DNA of 64,000 bases. Source: an uncultured Clostridia bacterium (lineage in GTDB: Bacteria > Bacillota > Clostridia > Oscillospirales > CAG-272). A program made the position numbers and the translations under genes. Shown piece by piece: positions 57,484 through 64,000 of this stretch. How positions within the stretch are numbered: position 1 is the first letter of the stretch; every line of letters begins with the position of its first letter. Where the stretch lies: assembly GCA_944393415.1 (NCBI GenBank), contig CALYAD010000032.1:2818-66817 (forward strand), in the 5' to 3' direction. A model generated the notes under the pieces. The model was given only the letters and a program-made list of their open reading frames with translations, did not search any database and was not told where the DNA came from.

Positions 57484-58578
57484 ATGGTTAAAGAGTACAA
57501 TAAAAAAATAATTTTGGAAAACGGAGACGAGTATTACGGTTATGGATTCGGAGACGGCGGGGACAGGGTATGCGAGATAGTTTTCAATACCTCTATGGTG
57601 GGGTATCAGGAGATCATTTCCGATCCCTCTTATACCTATCAGGCGGTAGTTATGACTTACCCCCTTATAGGAAACTACGGCATCTGCGACGACGATTACG
57701 AAACCGACATACCTACCATCGGCGCTCTGATAGTCAGAGAGTATAACGACGAGCCATCAAATTTCAGAAGCACGGCGACACTGTCCGAGGTAATGAAAAG
57801 ATACGGGATAATCGGAGTGTGCGGGATAGATACCAGAAAGCTTACCCGTTCCATACGCGATCACGGTTCCGGTAAAGCGCTGATCACAAATGCGGATACC
57901 CCTGTCGATGAGGGTCTGAAAATTCTTTCGGAATACAGGATTCCCGCCGACGCGGTGTCAAGGGTCAGCTGTAAGAATATTTGGTATTCGCGAGCTGCTG
58001 AGGAAAAGCACCGCGTGGTCGCCATTGACTGCGGAATGAAGCGTAATATTATACGTTCGCTGAACAGACGCGGCTGTACTGTAATAACAGTGCCATGGAA
58101 CACGGGCGCGGACGAAATAATAAAATTGTCGCCTGACGGAATATTTATCTCAAACGGTCCGGGAGACCCGACGGACGCAAAGCCCGTTATCGAAACCATA
58201 AAAAGCCTGATAGGCAGATTTCCCATATTCGGCATATGTCTCGGTCATCAGCTGATAAGCCTGGCATACGGGGCCAGGACGTACAAGCTTAAGTTCGGAC
58301 ACAGGGGTGGAAATCATCCGGTGCGGAATCTGGAAACGGACAAAATAGAAATAACATCTCAGAATCACTCCTATGCCGTGGAAGCGGAGAGCCTTGAAGC
58401 GACGCCGCTGAGCGTAACCCATGTCAATCTGCTTGACGGGACAGTGGAAGGAGTAAGAAACGTAAGGGACAGAATATTCAGCGTGCAGTACCATCCGGAG
58501 AGCGCTCCGGGACCCCGGGACAGCGAATACCTGTTTGACCGCTTTACAGATATCATGGAGGGAAAGCTCGATGCCTAA
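57484..58578 (+). CDS. carA: Carbamoyl-phosphate synthase small (glutaminase) subunit
   Basis: FNTSMVGYQEIISDPSY, and GATase-1 GICLGHQL...VQYHPE. Confidence 0.93.
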   Translation: MVKEYNKKIILENGDEYYGYGFGDGGDRVCEIVFNTSMVGYQEIISDPSYTYQAVVMTYPLIGNYGICDDDYETDIPTIGALIVREYNDEPSNFRSTATLSEVMKRYGIIGVCGIDTRKLTRSIRDHGSGKALITNADTPVDEGLKILSEYRIPADAVSRVSCKNIWYSRAAEEKHRVVAIDCGMKRNIIRSLNRRGCTVITVPWNTGADEIIKLSPDGIFISNGPGDPTDAKPVIETIKSLIGRFPIFGICLGHQLISLAYGARTYKLKFGHRGGNHPVRNLETDKIEITSQNHSYAVEAESLEATPLSVTHVNLLDGTVEGVRNVRDRIFSVQYHPESAPGPRDSEYLFDRFTDIMEGKLDA

Positions 58579-61500
58579 AAGAACAGATATTAAAAAGGTG
58601 CTTGTGATAGGCTCAGGACCTATCGTGATCGGACAGGCGGCGGAATTCGATTATGCCGGAACGCAAGCGTGTCTTGCGTTAAAGGAAGAGGGCTACGAGG
58701 TGGTTCTCTGCAATTCCAATCCTGCCACTATAATGACGGATACCAGTATCGCCGATAAGGTATATATGGAACCGCTGACTCTTGAATATATCGCGAAGAT
58801 AGTACGCTTTGAAAGACCGGACGCCATTCTTCCGGGTATCGGAGGTCAGACAGGTCTTAACCTTGCGATGCAGTTAGAAAAAAAGGGTATACTGAGAGAG
58901 TGTCGGGTGGAGCTTCTCGGGACTACCGGTGCCTCGATAGAACAGGCGGAGGACAGGGAGCTGTTTAAGGAGCTGTGTGAAAGTATCGGCGAGCCTGTGC
59001 TTCCTTCCGATGTTGCCGGGTCTGTTGATGAAGGGCTTAAGATCGCCGAAAAAATAGGCTATCCGGTAGTGCTGAGACCGGCTTATACGCTGGGAGGCAC
59101 GGGAGGGGGTTTTGCGGATAGTGAAGCGGAATTCCTTCCGATAATGAAAAACGCCTTATCGCTTTCTCCGGTACACCAGGTTCTGATCGAAAAAAGCGTA
59201 AAAGGCTATAAAGAGATAGAATATGAGGTAATACGGGACAAAAATGATACGGCTATTACAATCTGTAATATGGAAAACGTTGATCCCGTCGGAATCCATA
59301 CGGGGGATTCGATTGTCGTGTGCCCGTCTCAGACTCTGACAAATAAAGAATATCATATGCTGCGGGACAGCGCGCTGAAAATAATACGTGCGCTGAAGAT
59401 CGAGGGGGGCTGTAACGTTCAGTTTGCGCTTGATCCCCGCTCATTTCAGTATTATGTTATTGAGGTCAATCCGCGTGTTTCGCGTTCCTCGGCTCTCGCG
59501 TCCAAGGCAAGCGGATATCCGATAGCCCGTGTATCTGCAAAGATCGGTGTAGGTATGACGCTTGACGAGATACAGATCGCGAATACGCCGGCCTCATTTG
59601 AGCCGACGCTCGACTATGTAGTGACGAAAATGCCGCGTTTCCCGTTCGACAAGTTCACCGACGCAAGTAATTCTCTTTCCACTCAGATGAAGGCGACGGG
59701 CGAGGTCATGAGTATAGGAAGGACTATAGAGGAAAGTCTTTTGAAGGCGGTCAGATCCCTTGAAACCGGGCTTAGTCATCTTCAACACCATAAGTTCGAC
59801 AGTGTAAGCGAGGCGGAGCTGTTTGATTATATAAGGATCGGGACGGACGACCGTATTTTTGCCATAGCGGAGCTTCTGCGCCGCGGGCGCGATGTCGGTG
59901 AAATTGCCGGCGCCACAGCCATCGATGCCCTCTTTATCCGCAAAATGAAAAATATTGTTGAAGAGGAAAAGGAGATAAAAGCGTTTCCCGGCGATATAAA
60001 AGTCCTGCGCAAAGCAAAGAGGATGGGATTTTCCGATAAGGAAATTGCGTGTCTTTGGAGTATGAGCGAAGCAGAGGTTTACGGGCTGCGCCGTCAAGCC
60101 GGGATAACTCCCGTATACAAGATGATAGATACCTGCGCGTCGGAATTTGACAGCTATATTCCTTATTTTTACTCTGTATACGAGGAGGAAAACGAGTCGG
60201 TGATCTCCGACAGAAAGAAGATCATTGTGCTCGGCTCCGGTCCGATACGTATCGGTCAGGGAGTGGAATTTGATTACTCAACCGTACATGCCGTCAAGAC
60301 CATTAAGGCGGCGGGCTATGAGGCGATTATCATAAATAACAACCCGGAAACGGTATCCACAGACTATACCTGCTCAGATAAGCTCTATTTTGAGCCTCTA
60401 TGCACGGAGGACGTAATGAATGTCATAGAGCTCGAGCGTCCGGAGGGAGTTATTGCCACTCTTGGAGGACAAACGGCGATTAACCTTGCGGAGCCATTGC
60501 GGGAGAGGGGTGTGAGGATCATCGGAACCGATTGCGACGCGATTGAAAAAGCCGAGAACAGGGACGCTTTTGAGAAGCTGCTTTCCGATCTGAACATTCC
60601 AAAGCCTCAGGGCCGGGCGGTAACCGATATTGAGAGCGGTCTTAAAACAGCCGCAGAGATAGGTTATCCAGTTCTTGTCAGACCCAGCTTCGTCCTCGGA
60701 GGCAGAGCGATGCAGATCGTCGCGAAAGAGGAGGATCTGAAACACTACCTGAGGACCGCCGTGGAGATCAACGAGGAAAAGCCGGTTCTTGTTGACAAAT
60801 ATATCCGCGGCAAGGAGGTTGAGGTAGACGCTGTCTGCGACGGAAGGCGTGTGTTTGTTCCCGGTATCATGGAGCTTGTGGAGAGGACCGGTATTCACTC
60901 CGGAGACTCGATAAGCGTTTATCCGCCCTTCAGCATTTCTGACAAAGTCAAGAAGACCGTTCTTGAATACACGGAAAAGCTGGGACTTGGAATAGGGATT
61001 ATCGGTCTGTTCAATATTCAGTTTATAGTTGACGAAAAAGAAAACGTGTATGTCATAGAGGTGAATCCGCGTTCCTCCAGAACCGTTCCGTTTCTTTCAA
61101 AGGCTACGGGCTACAGCCTTGCCGATATCGCGGCTCTGGTCATTCTCGGTAAAAGCCTTGCTGAGCAGGGACTGTTTGAGGTTTATGCCGGGGAAAAGGA
61201 GCGTTATTACGTAAAGGCGCCGGCGTTTTCCTTTTCAAAGCTCCGAGGAATGGACGCGTATCTCTCTCCGGAAATGAAATCCACGGGCGAGGCGATAGGC
61301 TACGATAAAAAGCTTCATAGGGCTGTTTATAAGGCGATGATAGCTTCCGGTCTGACGCTTCGCAATTACGGCACGGTGATAGTGAGCGTTGCGGATGAGG
61401 ATAAGGAGGAAGCTCTTCCTCTCGTTCGCAGGTTCTATAATATGGGCTTTAATATCGAAGCGACTGTCGGAACGGCAAGCTTTTTGAAGGAGCACGGTAT

Positions 61501-61753
61501 ACGCACAAGGCTTCGCCGCAAGCTCAGCGAAGGCAGCGAGGAGATTCTGGAATCCATTCGCGCGGGATATGTAAGCTATGTGATAAACACACGGGCGATA
61601 ATGTCTGGTATTCATTATGAGGATGGCGTAGCCATACGCAGATGCGCAAGTCAGAATAATATCACGATGCTGACATCGCTTGATACGGTAAAGATGCTTC
61701 TTGACGTGCTGGAGGAGGTCACCATCGGCATTTCGACGATAGACGCGGAATGA
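58571..61753 (+). CDS. carB: Carbamoyl-phosphate synthase large subunit
   Basis: MPKRTDIKKVLVIGSGPIVIGQAAEFDYAG and a duplicated ATP-grasp. Overlaps carA by 8 nt. Confidence 0.93.
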   Translation: MPKRTDIKKVLVIGSGPIVIGQAAEFDYAGTQACLALKEEGYEVVLCNSNPATIMTDTSIADKVYMEPLTLEYIAKIVRFERPDAILPGIGGQTGLNLAMQLEKKGILRECRVELLGTTGASIEQAEDRELFKELCESIGEPVLPSDVAGSVDEGLKIAEKIGYPVVLRPAYTLGGTGGGFADSEAEFLPIMKNALSLSPVHQVLIEKSVKGYKEIEYEVIRDKNDTAITICNMENVDPVGIHTGDSIVVCPSQTLTNKEYHMLRDSALKIIRALKIEGGCNVQFALDPRSFQYYVIEVNPRVSRSSALASKASGYPIARVSAKIGVGMTLDEIQIANTPASFEPTLDYVVTKMPRFPFDKFTDASNSLSTQMKATGEVMSIGRTIEESLLKAVRSLETGLSHLQHHKFDSVSEAELFDYIRIGTDDRIFAIAELLRRGRDVGEIAGATAIDALFIRKMKNIVEEEKEIKAFPGDIKVLRKAKRMGFSDKEIACLWSMSEAEVYGLRRQAGITPVYKMIDTCASEFDSYIPYFYSVYEEENESVISDRKKIIVLGSGPIRIGQGVEFDYSTVHAVKTIKAAGYEAIIINNNPETVSTDYTCSDKLYFEPLCTEDVMNVIELERPEGVIATLGGQTAINLAEPLRERGVRIIGTDCDAIEKAENRDAFEKLLSDLNIPKPQGRAVTDIESGLKTAAEIGYPVLVRPSFVLGGRAMQIVAKEEDLKHYLRTAVEINEEKPVLVDKYIRGKEVEVDAVCDGRRVFVPGIMELVERTGIHSGDSISVYPPFSISDKVKKTVLEYTEKLGLGIGIIGLFNIQFIVDEKENVYVIEVNPRSSRTVPFLSKATGYSLADIAALVILGKSLAEQGLFEVYAGEKERYYVKAPAFSFSKLRGMDAYLSPEMKSTGEAIGYDKKLHRAVYKAMIASGLTLRNYGTVIVSVADEDKEEALPLVRRFYNMGFNIEATVGTASFLKEHGIRTRLRRKLSEGSEEILESIRAGYVSYVINTRAIMSGIHYEDGVAIRRCASQNNITMLTSLDTVKMLLDVLEEVTIGISTIDAE

Positions 61754-61834
61754 TACGGACAGTATTTGAAGCGCGGTTGGTACTTAATATTGCCGCAACG
61801 ATTACGAATGCGGAAGAAAGGTTTGGTGTTAGTT

Positions 61835-62623
61835 ATGCATTTCACTAAAATGCAGGGTCTGGGAAATGATTATTTATATGTATACGGAGAAGCTCCGGAG
61901 GATGTGTCGGAGCTGTCTGTAAAGCTGTCCGACCGTCATACAGGTGCGGGCTCGGACGGTATGATCTTTATCTCTCCTTCGTTGAAAGCCGATTTCCGGA
62001 TGCGTATTTTCAACGCGGACGGGAGCGAGGCCAAAATGTGCGGAAACGGGATACGCTGCGTCGGTAAATATGTTTATGAAAAGGGCTATACGGACAAAAA
62101 GCATTTGAGAATTGAAACAATGTCCGGTATACGCGGACTCGATCTGAAGGTCAGCGGGGGCAGGGTAAGAAGCGTAACGGTAGATATGGGAAAGGCGGAG
62201 CCGTCGGAGGATGCCGCGCTTTTGGTAGATGGGGAAACGGTTATTTGCACACCTGTGTCAGTCGGAAACCCGCACGCGGTTATATTCGTAGAGGATATAG
62301 GAAAGGCTCCGCTGACTGCGCTGGGTCCGAAAATAGAACATAATGACTTTTTTTCCGAAGGGGTAAACGTTGAGTTTGTTCAGGTTCTCGGCGAAGGTGA
62401 GCTTCGTATGAGAGTATGGGAGCGAGGAAGCGGAGTTACCATGGCTTGCGGAACCGGAGCGTGCGCCAGCGCCGCGGCGGCAGTTAAAAAACGTTTCTGC
62501 CGTGCGGGAGAGCCGATTTCGGTTCATCTCGACGGCGGCACGCTGGAAATCGCCGTAGCGTCGGATTATGGTGTGACAATGACGGGTCCGGCGGAATTTG
62601 TTTATGAAGGGGATATAGCATAA
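61835..62623 (+). CDS. dapF: Diaminopimelate epimerase
   Basis: FTKMQGLGNDY, and the two catalytic Cys motifs (MCGNGIRC; ACGTGACAS). ATG at 61835 follows GAAGAAAGG. Confidence 0.9.
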   Translation: MHFTKMQGLGNDYLYVYGEAPEDVSELSVKLSDRHTGAGSDGMIFISPSLKADFRMRIFNADGSEAKMCGNGIRCVGKYVYEKGYTDKKHLRIETMSGIRGLDLKVSGGRVRSVTVDMGKAEPSEDAALLVDGETVICTPVSVGNPHAVIFVEDIGKAPLTALGPKIEHNDFFSEGVNVEFVQVLGEGELRMRVWERGSGVTMACGTGACASAAAAVKKRFCRAGEPISVHLDGGTLEIAVASDYGVTMTGPAEFVYEGDIA

Positions 62624-62659
62624 GCCAGAAAAGTTTTGATCAAGCTTTTTCAAAAGTTT

Positions 62660-63007
62660 GCGGATAGTTAAGGCGGAGCCTTGACTGCAACAGCCGTGAA
62701 AATTAATTTATTCGCGCTGGAATTCAGACGGTTTCACGTATAAATTTCTTGCTATTGCAAAACACGAAAATTTTTTAAAACCGACGGTACGCTTTTTGTT
62801 TTGCGGAGCAAAACACGAACATTTTTCATATATATTTAGCCGCCTTCGGCGGCATGGAGGATAGCGTGAAAGAAATATTACATCGCGTCAAAATGCAGAC
62901 GTTTTCACGCGCAAATTTTCTAAAAAGCTGAACGCTTTTTGTTTTGCAGAGCAAAACACGAAAATTTTTTATGTTTATTTTAGCCGCCTTCGGCGGCATG
63001 GAGGATT
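62660..63007 (+). repeat. Tandem duplication of a ~145-200-nt modular leader element upstream of dapL
   Basis: Unit A is about 62660-62862 and unit B about 62857-63007. Shared blocks: (C/G)CGTGAAA-N31-TTTCACG(T/C); CGCTTTTTGTTTTGC(G/A)GAGCAAAACACGAA(C/A)ATTTTT; and a 27-nt exact TTTAGCCGCCTTCGGCGGCATGGAGGAT. Confidence 0.7.
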
Positions 63008-63010
63008 ATT

Positions 63011-64000
63011 ATGTTAACACCGAATATGCACTACGCGGATCTCAAGGATTCATATCTGTTCGCGGGAATATCGCAAAAGCTTTCGGAATATCTTGAAGCG
63101 CATCCCGGAACGCATTTATATCGCATGGGTATAGGGGACGTGTCGCTTCCGCTATGCGCGGAGGTTATCAAAGCGCTCCACGAGGCTGTAAACGATCAGG
63201 CAAGCAAGGAGAATTTCCATGGTTATATGCCGGAATGCGGAGCTCCTTTCTTACGTGAGAAAATCGCGCTTTTTTACGCGGGACGAGGAGTGAGGCTTTC
63301 ATCGGACGAGGTATTTATATCAAGCGGGGCCAGCGACGAGCTTGGCGATATTCTCGACCTTTTTGACAAAAGCAGCTCTGCGCTTGTGATAGAGCCGGCT
63401 TATCCGGCATATGTGGATGCCAGTGTGATCGCGGGAAGAAGAATAGTGCGGCTTGCCTCGGGTAAGGAAAACGGTTTTCTTCCCGCTCCCGACGACGGTA
63501 TAGAAGCCGATATTCTCTATATCTGCTCTCCGAATAACCCGACGGGAGCGGTTTTTAACAGAGAACAGCTCCAGGCATGGGTCGATTACGCCAACCGTCA
63601 TGGCTCTGTGATCCTGTTTGACGCAGCTTATGAGGCTTTTATAGAAGAGGAAGGTATCCCGCACAGCATTTTCGAGCTGGAAGGTGCGCGCACGTGCGCT
63701 ATTGAAATATGTTCGCTTTCCAAAACGGCGGGCTTTACGGGTACGAGGCTCGGTTACACTGTGATTCCGAAAGAGCTTGAGAGATGCGGCATGAATTTCA
63801 ATTCAATGTGGGTGAGAAACCGTACAACTAAGACAAACGGCGTTTCTTACATAATCCAAAAGGGCGGAGCGGCCGTATTCACACCGCAGGGACAGAGGCA
63901 GATACGTGAAAATATTCAGGTTTATAAAAAGAACGCGAAAATCTTGATGGAGGCGCTCGACAGTATAGGTATCTGGTATACCGGAGGCAAAAACGCGCCG
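63011..64000 (+). CDS. dapL: LL-diaminopimelate aminotransferase (5' part; runs off the window)
   Basis: Manual translation from ATG 63011: MLTPNMHYADLKDSYLFAGISQKL...ICSPNNPTG...SLSKTAGFTGTRLGY (PLP-lysine region). The frame is open to the window end and is not in the ORF track. Confidence 0.85.
   Translation, partial: MLTPNMHYADLKDSYLFAGISQKLSEYLEAHPGTHLYRMGIGDVSLPLCAEVIKALHEAVNDQASKENFHGYMPECGAPFLREKIALFYAGRGVRLSSDEVFISSGASDELGDILDLFDKSSSALVIEPAYPAYVDASVIAGRRIVRLASGKENGFLPAPDDGIEADILYICSPNNPTGAVFNREQLQAWVDYANRHGSVILFDAAYEAFIEEEGIPHSIFELEGARTCAIEICSLSKTAGFTGTRLGYTVIPKELERCGMNFNSMWVRNRTTKTNGVSYIIQKGGAAVFTPQGQRQIRENIQVYKKNAKILMEALDSIGIWYTGGKNAP

Noticed and set aside
62854-62931. 25-codon ORF (MEDSVKEILHRVKMQTFSRANFLKS) starting at the duplicated ATGGAGGAT of repeat unit A
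   Set aside because: The frame is not conserved in the other copies of the repeat (12630 and 41400), and it has no SD of its own. It is probably a by-product of duplicating the dapL start region.
62660-63010. Tandem repeats upstream of dapL considered as a CRISPR array or an L-box lysine riboswitch
   Set aside because: There are only two long (more than 140 nt) units, with no short repeat/spacer periodicity and no cas genes. No L-box core elements were recognised.

Overview
This is a 64-kb chromosomal segment from a spore-forming Firmicute of the class Clostridia. That assignment rests on spo0A, spoVAC/AD/AE, T-box leaders and AGAAAGGA-type Shine-Dalgarno sites; no finer taxonomy is claimed. 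About 60 genes are supported.

**Gene content, in order**
- An XRE regulator with a membrane protein.
- The rpsF-ssb-rpsR operon.
- An MFS transporter, a GDPD phosphodiesterase and the spoVA genes.
- A 1205-aa LamG-like lipoprotein.
- cca, radC, topB, ppiB, spo0A and queH.
- A BspA-type leucine-rich-repeat (LRR) lipoprotein.
- A MarR regulator with a two-gene ABC exporter.
- bioY-birA.
- An IS3-family element followed by an AT-rich cargo gene and a GC-rich structured non-coding island.
- A redox cluster: rubredoxin, a frameshifted rubrerythrin, a rhodanese and trxA.
- A Trp T-box followed by a stand-alone trpB.
- A roughly 25-kb nitrogen and glutamine block:
  - an ANTAR regulator;
  - glnA;
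  - a split archaeal-type glutamate synthase (GOGAT) with ferredoxin and flavoprotein partners;
  - divergent gdhA;
  - type III glutamine synthetase (GS);
  - an Amt::PII fusion;
  - an Asn T-box with asnB;
  - purC, guaA, pyrG, purF and carAB.
- dapF and a partial dapL.

**Most interesting signals**
1. A hairpin with a conserved AAAGGC hexaloop and covarying stem sits at the 5' end of the GOGAT-operon and gdhA leaders, and also upstream of type III GS. In each case it overlaps a terminator. An ANTAR pseudo-receiver gene closes the GOGAT operon, which suggests an antitermination regulon.
2. A modular intergenic repeat family is duplicated in tandem upstream of dapL and recurs inside the GOGAT operon. 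Each unit has a long-loop inverted repeat, a terminator-like hairpin, and a tetraloop hairpin fused to a Shine-Dalgarno site.
3. An exact 16-nt translation-initiation cassette is reused four times, once in front of an unannotated 44-codon ORF.
4. A roughly 330-nt GC-rich structured island lies next to the IS3 element.

**Limits.** All calls come from reading the sequence and from family-level motif recognition. No database search or RNA-folding computation was run. RNA element boundaries are approximate.
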